In this document: positions 38,251-50,264 of the stretch, piece by piece | Numbering within the stretch: position 1 is the stretch's first letter | Layout of the letters: the number at the start of each line of letters is the position of its first letter | Origin: Camelus dromedarius | Lineage: Eukaryota | DNA length: 64,000 nt | Direction of reading: 5' to 3' | Assembly (NCBI RefSeq): GCF_036321535.1 | Contig: NC_087436.1 | Location: forward strand, 50,656,001 to 50,720,000 | Notes under the pieces: generated by a model | Databases searched by the model: none | What the model saw: the letters and a program-made list of their open reading frames with translations, nothing else | What the model was told of the DNA's origin: nothing | Translations under genes and position numbers: made by a program

Positions 38251-39284
38251 AGGTGAAAAGAGAGAATGCTGAACATTATCCTCAGAAAGCTACTATCAGA
38301 GGCTACTTTTATCTAGATGGATATTGAAATATGTAATGTGTAAGCTAAAAACGTAATAGACCCAAAAGTGTGGCTATTTTTTTGAACAGCTTTTCTAGTC
38401 ATTACCCTTTCTGTATGGAGTTGGGGGGTAGTGTTCTACATCTCCAACCTGATCTCTGCTTTCTTTTTTTTTGTTCAAACACCCACTCATCATTATATCT
38501 TGTGTAGGGACATACACACTTTAATGTACTAGCACAATTTGATTTCAGTATCCTGTCCTGCTAGCCAACAGGATACTGAAATCTAACGTGCTATTACCAT
38601 CTCACTCCTTCCCCTACGCTCTGGATCACTCTGCAGCCTTAATCATGGCTTTAATTCTTTCTTTTTGAGCTCAAAGAAAGAGTTCCGATTTCCCTATTCA
38701 AACTAATATTCATGTCAATCTTTTATACCTTGTATATAAAGCCACCTTGGGTCACTCACATTTAACATCTCATTCTCTGAGCTTCATACGGCACAGGGAA
38801 TAGTCTTTCCCTTTCCCTTCCCCAGCAGTCCCATCCCAGTTTCAAGATTCATGGTCACCTAGCGTCTCATGCCTCGAATTGTTTCGGGCTCCTCTTTTCT
38901 TGTTTGTTTTTAAATATCGTAATACATTCTCTCATCCGTTTATCCCTTCCCTGCTAATCTGCCTCTTCTCCATTTCTACTTCTCTTAACTATCTTTCTGT
39001 GAATTAGTGTAACGGATTGGTCCCACCCAAATTTTAAAGTACACAGAGTGTCTTCATTGGTTCTTCCTCTTGCGCCTGGTCTAGACGTCAGACCTTATCC
39101 TACCCCATAGCTGGCTACATAGAGCCCCCATTTCAGTGGCCCATCTGAGTTTGCCTGCACCTAAGGAGTACCCTGATCCAGCCCTTCCTTATTTGTTCCT
39201 TGTGACCCACATCTTCAGCTCTCCCAGTTCTCTAGGTGAGAGATTGCTAATTTTCAATGCTGTGCCAACCTCATGAATATCCTA

Positions 39285-39725
39285 TTAATCAGGGTAAGGT
39301 AAGCTATAATGAAGAACAAAAAATAAAATACTTTAAATATAGAAATTTATTTCCTTCTTATGAAACGAGCTGACTATTTGATGATGGCAGTGTTACCCTG
39401 CTCATGAGGTCTACTCACTCAGAGACCCGTGTCCTTCTGTCTTGAGGCTCTGCCATGCCCCAGCTTAGGACGTGGGTTAAAGATGGATCTCTCCCATGTC
39501 CCCTTTTTAGTCCTCAGGATGAAGGAAATAAGAAAGTCCAAGGCAAGCAATTTATTTTTAAGGAAGTGATGTGAAAGTTGGACACATCTCTCCATGTACA
39601 TTCTATCCGTGACGTCCACACCCATCTGTGAAGAGGCTGAGAAGTGTTCTCTCTCACTAAGCATTCCCATTCCCCGGAGGTGGAAAGATCAGATTTGAGA
39701 GCCATTCTGTTGGGTTTTACCATCA
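39285..39725 (-). mobile_element. Old MaLR LTR (MLT1-type) downstream of the SLC9B2 stop
   Basis: tagaaatttatttcc...gaagaggctgagaagtgt motifs. Confidence 0.55.
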
Positions 39726-41404
39726 CTCAGTAGCATATTCTTTCAGGTTAACGAGGGCTGTATAAAGGTAGTACCTTTAATCAAAAGAATGACTTCTGTG
39801 CCAGGAATTTCATTGTGACATGCCAGCACAGAAGATAAGAAGAAAGGCTTATCTGCAGAAGTCACATTTTATCCCACTTAATCAAAAGCAGACCATCTCT
39901 GCTTTTGTGTTTCACCCATAAATTCCCTTTACTCTAGGTCAACTCCTGCCTAGTTGTTAGAATAATCATGTTTAAATAAATATGTCATTAAACTCCCTAA
40001 GGGTCTGATTTAATAGGAATGTAAAAAGCGCTATAGGTGCTCTGACAGAGTGTATGTAGGGTGCATAGACCCTTTATTATTAGACTAACGTGTCATATTG
40101 AAATAAACATCTTGTCATTAGGCTACCTTTCCAGCCCCTTCCACCATGACTTTCACATCTATTCCAAACTAGCTTTATTTTTATGTAAGCTAACATAATA
40201 TGAAACCATAACGGTCTTCATTTTTATGTCACCCCGACTCTGGTTATTCTATGGGACTGTATTCCCTTAGTGTTTAGGTTCTCCATTTGGACTGGATTAA
40301 TTTATACCAAAGATCAGATGGATGAACTTTCTTGGCTAGGTGCCCCCTGTGGGTAGCACCATAAACTTCATGCTCATGTGGTCTTCTGCTAAAAGTAGAT
40401 TCATTCAACAAATACTTACTGAAAGCCTTTGGTGACCCAGGCACATCATGAAGATTAATATTGTTCCCATCTTTAAGGATCAGACAATCTGCTAGAGAAG
40501 AGAGACCATTAAACAGGAGATTGAAAAAAAAAATTCAAGAACAAGAGATTGGAAAATAGTGTAATTTGCTGTGATAAGCTCAGGGGTGCCAGGGGCTCGT
40601 GGCAGGAGCCCCCACCAACCCAGGGGGAACTGCAGTTTAGGCACAGCCTCCGGAGGAAGTAGGACCTCGGCTGGGACACGACTCAGCAAATGGTACATGA
40701 GGCTGAAGGGTGCCGCAGCGAGTGCCCTGTTCATTTTTCTCCATGTAATAGGCTTTGAATACTTACTAGCTAATACAACATACAGTTAGTATAAGTAAAG
40801 GAGAATGTTGTTATAAATAGTTAAGTCCCCAAAGAAGAATTAGAAATGGAAAATCGCAGGGTACAGAAACGGTTAGAGGGCCCAGGAAGCCACTGCCAAT
40901 TGCCTAAACCAACCACAGAGCGCGCAGCAACCCCTTCCTACGTCTCTTTGGTGGGCAGCCACCAACCACATCCCTGCAACTCTCTGTCCAGTAGTGGTCT
41001 CTGCGGGGCTCACCGTGAGGTCTAAGATTTGTCACCACATTGCAAGTCACAGCCCTTGACTTGGTGTGTTAACTTGATACAGAGTGTTGACTCAGACCAA
41101 CCAAACTTAACCCCACCCCAACCACAGACAGAATCCATTACCCTAACCTCTGGGTGCCTGAAAGAAAGGTGTGCCCTATACATGCTTCTGTCAGAGTTCT
41201 TATAGTACTTTTTTCAGTTTGGTTATATGTTTGTCTCCTATGAGCCCCTGAAGGGTGGAGCGTTAAATCTGTTATGGTGGGATCCTCAGCACAGTGCACA
41301 GGGCATGGAACACAGCAGGCATTTAGTAAATGTTCATTCACTGAATCAGTGAGAGGAGATTCTCTCCCAGTATGGGAGAAGTAGCTGCCATTAAACAGTT
41401 TAGA

Positions 41405-41792
41405 TCTTAGTCTGCTTGGGCAACTACAACAAAATGCCATAGACCAAGTGGCATAAACAACAGAAATTTTTTTCCTCACAGATCTGGAGGCTGGAAGTCA
41501 AACATGAGGGTATCGGCATGATCCGGCTCCAGTGAGGGCTCTTTTCCTGACGTGCCAATAGCCTTCTCACTCTCTCCTCACGTGGTGGGGAAAGAAATGG
41601 GGATGGAGAGAGTGTGCAAGCTCTTTGGTGTCTCTTCTTACAAAGTCACTGATCCCACCGTGGGGGCTCCACCCTCATGACCTCACCTAATCCAAGAACC
41701 TCTCACAGACCCCATCTCCAAATACCATGGCACTGGGGGACTATGGCTTCAGCTTAGGAATTTGGCAGAGAGACCACATAGTTCCGTCCACG
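41405..41792 (-). mobile_element. MLT1A-like MaLR LTR
   Basis: ttagtctgcttgggc...aaacaacagaaattt...ctggaggctggaagtc...ctccaccctcatgacct. Confidence 0.85.
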
Positions 41793-44689
41793 GTGAGGTG
41801 TCCTACTTCCAAGGACAGGGCTAAACAAACACTAAATTCATGTTCTTCAACACCTTTTTTCTAGAATTTGTGCCATCTGTCTCCCTTTTGAGAAGTGTGT
41901 TTGTTTCTTTCTTTCTTTGTTTTTAGGCAAACTAATTAGGCTTCAGCTCTTTAAGTTCTTTTCACATTCCAGTGCTTTTCTCTCTGGTATTAACTTCATA
42001 TAACCTTGATTAGACTTGAGTATTTTCAAAATGTCCTCAGTCATACATTTGCAAATGATCTCATCCATTACATTCTTTAAAAACAGTATTGATTATTTTT
42101 GTCTGATTACAAAATAATACATTTCATTGCATAAAATTCAAAACACAGAAAAGAACAAAAAAGAAAACTGAAACTACTGTTAACGTAAACACCCATTTTA
42201 TTTTGATTGTGTTAAATTCTACTCTTGCAGTTCTGGGGAATGTTTTATTTTCAGAAAGATATATCATCCACTGAATTATTTGGGTGAAAGGCAACATAAA
42301 TACTTTATATTTGACTTCTGTGAAGATATATAGATTGAAGAATTTTTATTGTATATAATGAATGCAAATCTTCCCCAAAATAATTTATTCACCTGGTAAT
42401 ACTCAAATATTTTGCAGTGAATAAAACAGACAAACCCCTGTCTTTATGGAGCTTATGTTTTAAAATCCATTCATTTACTTGCCCAAAATACACTTGTAAC
42501 TTGTCTACCATGTACCAGTTATGCTAGGTGCAGGAGAATATATGTGATTAAGAAGATATTCAAGGGTTCTGTTTGATGGAACTTGAATTTCTAGTGGGAT
42601 ATTGACTCCATGAGGAATACAAATAGGAATAAGACGTGATACTTGCCTTCAAGACTCTTACAAGGAAATAAGATGTGTACAAATAGCTATAACCCAAATG
42701 AATGATTCAAAACTATTCTCAGTGAGGAAAATTTCTTAAAGGAGGTGATACTTTAATTGGACCTTGAAGAGTAGCTGATTCGGATTGATGAGTTGATATG
42801 AGGGAGCAAGTGAAGAAGGGAGCAGCTAGTTAGATGGCCAGGATATTAGCCAAGTTTGAAAACAGTAAAGCCTGGTGTATGGTAAATGACTGACACTTAA
42901 TGGTGATAAAGCGAATTAGTGAAAGGTAAGACTGGAAAAGGAAACTGGCACTTAAATCATACCAGATAGATTACTGACAAAATTTCTATTTTTATTGTAG
43001 TGCTTTCAGAAGTACAGAACCATTTATATAGAAGATATTTTTGAAACTACCTTCATTTCAAACTTAGTTGAAACTGCTGTCATGAATAAAGTTCTCTTTG
43101 TTCTTCAAAAGTTTTACTTTTAATGGCATTGTTGCAAATATAACCAATTTAATTATTTTAACCTACTATTGTTGTTTCTACCCAAAAAAGGCTTTTTTTT
43201 AGATGTTTTTTAAGTGATTATTATTAAATTTTCATTATATTGTCTTTAAATAACTGAAGGACTTTGTTTTCGAAATGTTTCAGAACATTATATTTCTTTT
43301 TGTTGGTTTTTTGGGGCGGTTGGGTTTTTTGGAGAACATTATATTTCTGTATGAATAATTTACATAGTTCTCTTTAGCAGATGGGAATTGCTTCATGCCA
43401 TTTTGGGAGCAAGTAATAACACATGTTTTAGTTGACTAACTCAAATTAAATAATGGCCTGAGCCTTCTGGCCTGGTGATAATTCCAAAACTATTTGTTGA
43501 TGTGTCATCCATCTTTCTTAAATAGACCCTAAAGAACTTGACCTCCCTCAGTCCGTTGTATCCGGGGCACAGAGCAGTTTCCTGGAGGCCGTCAGACTCC
43601 TTTCTAAGGTCCTTCTTCTCAGCGCTACCTGTTCTTCCTCCCGGTCTCCATGGGGATCTACTTGCTTTTTCCTTACCTACCATGAGAAAAAAGCATTTCC
43701 TTAACCCTACAGGACTAATCATTTCTTAATCATACAGGACTTTGTCCACTCTCCTAAAATAAGGGAGAAAATGACTTTCAATCCTTGCTGAGATATCTAC
43801 ACCACGCTGAAGGTGGGAGAAGGTTACAATAAAAAAATTTCTTAGTCACCCAAGAAAGAGTAGCAATTTGAAACAGATCTTAAATGATAAATAAGGAGAT
43901 AAGACAGAATGACTTTAGAAAAAACATGGAGACAAAAAGGAATACAGTATGTGGAGGAGAAAAAGTTCTTTGGAGTATCAGGAGAAAAAAAATAAGAAAG
44001 GTCAGTTTGTCTTTCTAAGACGTTTGGACTTTCTCCGATAACAGTTCTTTTCCTCTATGTTTTAGGAAGCTAGGGGATTCCATAGCGGAAAAGTGAAGAC
44101 CACACTTGGGACTGAGAACCCAAAGCTTCTGGGCCCCACTTGAAGCAGAGCAGCTATGCTTTGATTTGTTCATATGAAGGTTTCCACATTAAGATTACAT
44201 GTGACAGGGGAGGTCTTATAGTGATAACAGGATATTGAGTGTTTACTTTGTATCAACCCCTGTTCCAGACACTTGCCATGCATCAGTTCATTTAATCTCA
44301 CACCACCACCCCCCACAACCCCCTTTACAGGTTAAGAAAACAGAAGCTCAGGGAGATTATGTATTTGCCTGTGGTCCTAGAGCCATAAAGTGGCAGTGCT
44401 GACCTTTGAGCTCAACCTTGACCCCAGAGACTAAGCTTTTTAAAGATTACATCATATTTAAGCTGACTCTATTTAAAGGGAAACATGATCTGAGTTTCGA
44501 CAAGTTCCTTCTGGCACGTGCAACCCCTGGCGCTGTTTTTTGGCTAACGAGCCCCCTGATGTCAATCTCTCCCTGGACTTCTACAACACAGTAGGTCAAT
44601 ATTCAGAAAAGACATGGAAAAGAAAGGGTTGAATAGTCTGAAAACACACCAAACGGTCCCAGAGAAGCCAAGAACCCTCTGGCCCCACA

Positions 44690-45080
44690 GGCGGGATCAA
44701 CCACGACTCCACTTACGCCCGTCAACTCCGCCCCGTGGACGTCAGCCCCGCTCCGTTGGCGTCAGCCCCTCCCCTCGGCATTAGCCCCGCCCAGGCGCCT
44801 TCGCCAGCCCCGCCCCGTGTGTATTAGCCCCGCCCAGGCGCCGCCGGCCGCCGAGCCCGCAGCGCGCTCCAAGGGCCCGCGGCCCTTGCCCCACAGCGGC
44901 GGGTGGTCTTCGCGGCGGTTGCTGGGTGCCAGGGCGGCTCCCGAGGCAGCGGGGGATGCTAAAAGAATTGTAGGTACGGCTTGTTTTTCTTTACTCCGCC
45001 CATGGATACTGGTCCCTTGTCTCCCGCGGTCTTCCCCTTGCGTAGCCCCCAGGAACGCCTTTCCTCCCGCATCAGTTCCA
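44690..45080 (+). promoter_or_regulatory. SLC9B1: CpG-island promoter of SLC9B1
   Basis: The most GC/CpG-dense stretch in the window, with multiple GC boxes (CCCCGCCC); lies ~14.6 kb upstream of the SLC9B1 ATG exon. Confidence 0.85.
44880..44973 (+). other. SLC9B1: Probable non-coding exon 1 of SLC9B1 (5' end uncertain)
   Basis: Good donor TAG|gtacgg at 44974, directly downstream of the GC-box cluster. Confidence 0.55.
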
Positions 45081-46209
45081 GGGGCCTGGGGAAACAGCCG
45101 CAGACCGTTTTCTCTTCTCTCCCTGACTCCTTTTCTTTACGCCCTCATCCCTCATCCCTCTTCTTTATTCTCTCCCTTCCTCCTCCGTTTCCTTCTCTCA
45201 TTTTACAGGTACTCACAAGTAAGAAAGAAGAGGTCTGTCAGTCACGACTGACTGAAAAAATTAATTTTATTAAGCGCAGACTTTTGTACACATGGCGAAA
45301 ACCTGCAGGTGAACCTTCGTAAGCTCCCGTGTGTGATTGGAGATGTGTTCCAGGGTTGGTTGCTGGCTTGCCTCTCCTCCCACGCCCTTCACCCCGCCTG
45401 TTTCTGTCGGCTTTATCACAGTGGACAAGCACTCTAGATCAGTGCTTTTGAAGGATTAAGGGCAGCTGGTGCAAAGGTACCATGTGTCAGGCATATCATT
45501 TAGGAGTCCCTGTAGAGCTCCGCAGGCCCATACCTGGTCACTGACGCCCCCCTACGTGTGTCCTAGAATCTATACAAGATCCGATGGGGTGATGGAGAGG
45601 GGCGTTTGGCTTGGGTGGCACCGAGGGAGGTCACTCCCTAATTTTCCGTAGGGGTTAAATGTATTGTTATTTGTGCAACAAAAGTGTGAGAAATTAATAC
45701 TTATTACTGTCAAACCTAAAGAATTCATGCATCAGATGTTTTAGTCATTATGTGCCCATGAAGTGGGTATTCATATTTATTACCTTCTGTGAGTACTAAA
45801 ATTTATACTGCTGGCCTTATCATTTGACTCTGTCTTGTTCTAAGCTCCTGCCCCTTACCAGACAAAAGGCAAGAGACAGGTGCAGTGATAGCAATATATA
45901 AAGTAACATTTTTATAGCACTTACCGTTTTGTACATTATTTTCATACTCATCTTGTGAGAGAGAGTTGGTTAACAAAATTCCATTTTACTGAAAAGAGAA
46001 TAAATACTGAGACTGAGCATTACCTAGAATATATAGTATAATATACATTCAGTAAATACTTGTTGAAGGGATAAATGGATGAGATTTTCAAAGAGCCATG
46101 CCTTATTCACTTTTGTGTTCCGGAAACCCAGAGCTAAGTCCAGCAGTCGTGAGCCCACAAATGTGAGTTAGAGAGGTCGAGTGACTCGCTCAGGTTCAGG
46201 AAGTCATCA

Positions 46210-47950
46210 GATATTTGGAGCGAATCTACTTTCTTGCCAGGCATTGTGAATATGATGCTTCAAAAAGACTGGCAAGATTCCTGTTCTTATGGAGATTAAA
46301 TTATAACAAAGATAGAAAATAAATAGGTAAACAATATATGAACAAGGAAATTTTAGATAATGGTGAGTGCAGCGAAGAAGTAAAACTGTGAAGTGAGAGG
46401 AACTGAGGGAGGGTTGCTTTAGATGGATTGGTTAAGGAAAGCCTCTCTGAAGAGCTGCCATTTGTGCTGAGACCTCAGTGGTATAAAAAAGCCAACCAGG
46501 GAAATATTTGGGATCAGAGCATTGCAGGTAAAGGAAACTTCAGTTGCACAAGCCAAAGGTAGGAAAGAACTTGACTCTTTCAAAGAACATCATAAAGAAC
46601 GCTGTAGCTGGAATGTGGAGAAAGTGGTATGAGATAAGCTTGGAGAGGTGAGTAGGGGCCAAAGCTTGCAGGGCTTTGAATTGGCCTTGGGGAGCTACTT
46701 GTGGGATAAGTTTGTAATGTATTTAAAGCATGATGAGAAACCAGTATGGAGGTTTTTTTTGGGAAGGGAGTAATGTCATGTGATTTATTGTAAAACGGTT
46801 TGTTCCACCTGTTATGTGGTGCATGGGTCATAGGGCATGGGGAGCAGGATTAGTAGCAGAAGACACCTGTGTGGTAATGCAGGAAGGAATGACCATAGTT
46901 TTGGCTAAAGTGGTATAAAAGCAGATGGATGTGAGAGATGTTTGGAGGCAGAGCCTACAGACTTGGTGATGTTTTAAATACAGGGGTGAGAAAAAAAGAG
47001 AAGCTCCTAGATTTTTGTCTTGAGCTTTAGTGAATGGTTGTACCATTTACCAAACGGAATACACTAGGGAAGAAAATGTAGAGGGGGAAGTTTATTTTGC
47101 TCACCTTAGGTTCGATCTGCTTATAAAAAACCTGAAGTAAGTTCTGAGTCTTGCATTCCATGTATGGGACCAAAGATACAAAGTTAAGAGGCACCAGCAT
47201 GTAGAAAAAACTACCTAGGGAAAGTGTGTTCACAGAGAGCATTCCAGTGATTAGAGGTAAAGCAGAGGAGATGGAGAAGGAGCAGCCAGTGAAGTAGAAA
47301 GAAACCCGGAGCATGGCTACTTAACAAGCCAAGATGACAGAGCGTGGCCAGTGGTATTGAAAGGTGCTGAGAGGTGAAGTAAAATAAAGAAATCTGACCA
47401 TTGGGTTTCGGCAGCATATAGTAGTTGTGTGCCTTGACAAGCACAATGAGGAGCAAATGTGATGTGAAGAAACGGACATAGCACTGTAGACATCTCAAGA
47501 TACTTCACTATGAAGAAGAACTGGGAAATGGAGGTAATAGAGCAATATGTGGGGTCAAAGTATGATTCTGAAAGATGGGGATGCTTAAGTCTGTTTTTAG
47601 GCTAATGGGAGAATGATCCAGTATACAGGGGAAAGTATAGTGTAACAGAGAAAATACATATTTTAGGAGTGGAGTCTTTGAGAAAACGAGTTGGGGTGGG
47701 ATCCAGGGAATATGTAGGGATGTTGGCTTAGGAACATGAATATAAAATTTATAGTAACGGTTAGAAAGGCAGGGAATCTAGGTTAAGATGCAGATACATG
47801 GGTAGACTCAGTGGTCAGAAGATGAGAGTTTCTGTCTGATACTGATTCTCTTTCAGTGAGCATAAAGAAAGTATGAGGCAGGATCAGTAAGAAGAGAGGA
47901 GGAATGTTTGGATAAGAGACTTAAGGGTTGAAGAGAAGATATAATAATCA
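46210..47950 (-). mobile_element. L2 LINE fragment
   Basis: Purine-rich degenerate L2 motifs (ggttaaggaaagcctctctga; ccattgggtttcggcagcatatag). Confidence 0.7.
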
Positions 47951-47974
47951 TTTTGAAGATAGAAGGCAGTCATA

Positions 47975-48317
47975 CTGTCTTGTTCTGTTCAGGCTACTGT
48001 AACAAAAATGCCAAGTCTGGGTGTCTTATAAACAACAGAATTTTTTTCCTCACAGTTCTAGAGACTCGAAGTCCAAGATCAAGATGCCAGCAGACTCAGT
48101 GTCCAGTGAAGCCCCACTTCTTGGTTCATAGATGGCCGAAAGAGTCAAGGGAGCACTCTAGGGCTCTCTTGTAAGGGCACTAATCCCATTCATGAGTGCT
48201 CTGCCCTCATGAACCAACCACCTATCAAGGGCCCCACCTACTAATACCATCATACTAGGGGTTAGGATTTTAGCATATGGGTTTTGGGGAGACTTGCAAA
48301 CATTCAGTCTACAGCAG
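47975..48317 (-). mobile_element. MLT1A-like MaLR LTR
   Basis: ttgttctgttcaggctactgtaacaaaa...gtccaagatcaag...aagggcactaatcccattcatgag...aaacattcagtctacagca. Confidence 0.88.
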
Positions 48318-48764
48318 TACTAGAGAGGCATAGTAGCATAGCTAGGTAGAATTCAGTGGCCACTTGATATTTGTGGCCTTGTGAGTGAGTGACTGAGATA
48401 GGGTGAAAAAAAAAAAATCACAGGAGCCAAGGAGACCAAGGAACTGAAAGACTAGAGTGGTGGGTGGGTAGACTACCTGGATATTAGTGGTTAAGTTAGT
48501 AGCTAAACCAGTCCTTGAATCCAGATATCCTGATTTTTCCAGCTCAGTAGGTTACCATTTTACTGAGAAATGATTCAGATCAATACTCTTTTGTGCCACC
48601 TACCTTTCCAGTTAACTTTTTTTTTTAAATTGTGGCCTGATATTTTTTGTTCCGTGTATCTAAATTCTAGATTTTCATAGGCTGGTATTTTTATCTCTCT
48701 TGTCCCTTTAATATCTACTTATTAAATTTTTTGGCTTGTTTATCTGTATGTATATGTGTGTATT

Positions 48765-49515
48765 TTGTTGTGGTTTTAAATTAGATCTATTGAGATATCA
48801 TTCACATATCACACCATACATACCAAATTCATGTATTTAAAGTATACAGTTCAATTCCTTTGGTATACTCACAGATATGTATTTTCTTTTTTGGACATAC
48901 GTTTTCTTGAGAATATACCAAAGAGTAGAATTGCTAGGTCATATGGTAACTATACATATTCATTTGAGGAGCTGCCAGACTGTTTTCCAAAGTGTACCAT
49001 TTCACATTATCATCAGGAGTACATGAGGGTCCCATTTCTCCAAATCCTTCTCAACACTTGTTATCTGACTTTTTTTAAACATTTTTTATTGATTTATAAT
49101 CATTTTACAATGTTGTGTCAAATTCCAGTGTAGAGCACAATTTTTCAATTATACATGAACATATATATTATCTGACTTTTTTAATGAGGTATAGTTGATA
49201 TACATTATTATATAAGCTTCAGGGGTACAACATAGTGATTCACAATTTTTAAAGGTTATACTCTTATTTATAGATATTCTAAAATATTGGCTATATTCCC
49301 TGTGCTGTACAATATATCCTTGTAGCTTATTTATTTTATGCATAGTAGTTTGTATCTCTTAATCCCCTGCCTCTATCTTGCCCCTCACCCCTTCCCTCTT
49401 GCTACTGGTAACCACTAGTTTGTTCTCTATATCTGTGGGTCTTGTCCTTTTTTGTTATATATACTAATTTTTTAATTTTTTATATTCCACATATAAGTGA
49501 AATCATACATATTTG
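48765..49515 (-). mobile_element. Three abutting/nested L1 fragments
   Basis: Old L1 48765-49070; young tail 49071-49167 with TSD ttatctgactttttt; L1 3'UTR 49178-49515. Confidence 0.85.
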
Positions 49516-50264
49516 GGTTTTTTTTTAACATTTCCATCAATATGTTTATTAAAATACAAAAGCCTCCCTTTTAAATGGTAAAGGGAAGATGAAGAATGGG
49601 ATTTGGAAATCCTGTTGTCTATAAAGCTGAGATGACCAGTAACAGGCAGACCTGATCTGTAGTCACTCTAATAACAATAATAACAATAGCATTTGGATTT
49701 ACCTTTGCATTTTGTGTTATGCTTTTATTTTCTTTTATCTCATTTGATTTTGTAACTACCTTTTTCAGATGAGAAAACTGAGGCTCAGAGAGATTAAGGG
49801 CCTTGGCCAAGGACCCCTAGCTAGTAAGTGGCAGAATTATTATCCACAGTTTTCTGACTGTAAGTCCCATACCTTTCACTGTAGTGGTTTGCCTCTTCAC
49901 TTTTTATACTCCACTATTTCCAAAGTGATAACAAAGAAAAACTCTGCTAAGTAGGATGTAATGGCTGGCTGGAGTCCTCTTACAATGTAAAAACTTTTTG
50001 TATATACTTAAAATCCAATAGTTAATGGGATTAGATATTTATCCACCATCTATTGTGTTAGGTAATCCAAAGAACCCAGAAATGATTGTGAACGCTGCGC
50101 CAATTCAGTCTACCAGGAAAATAGACAGAAGTGTGAGTCACTAAGAAGCATTTCTTGAACCCTCTCCCACAATTCATATGTGCTGCCACAGTACCCTGTA
50201 CTGACTAAATTCTGTATAAAGAAGAATACACTACCTGTTACGTAGTGGGCGCTCGATGAATATT

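Larger units (their letters stand above)
38251..43090 (+). terminator. SLC9B2: SLC9B2 3'UTR / downstream region with candidate poly(A) signals AATAAA at 39322, 39975, 40102 and 43085
   Basis: Hexamers read directly; 43085 is followed by a T/GT-rich tract. The true cleavage site cannot be determined from sequence. Confidence 0.4.

Noticed and set aside
44721..44842. Repeat-spacer-like array (CRISPR-like)
   Set aside because: Eukaryotic context, degenerate GC-box units, no unique spacers, no cas genes
44817..45322. 144-aa and 113-aa ORFs over the CpG island
   Set aside because: Expected stop-codon scarcity in GC-rich and pyrimidine-rich DNA; no recognisable protein
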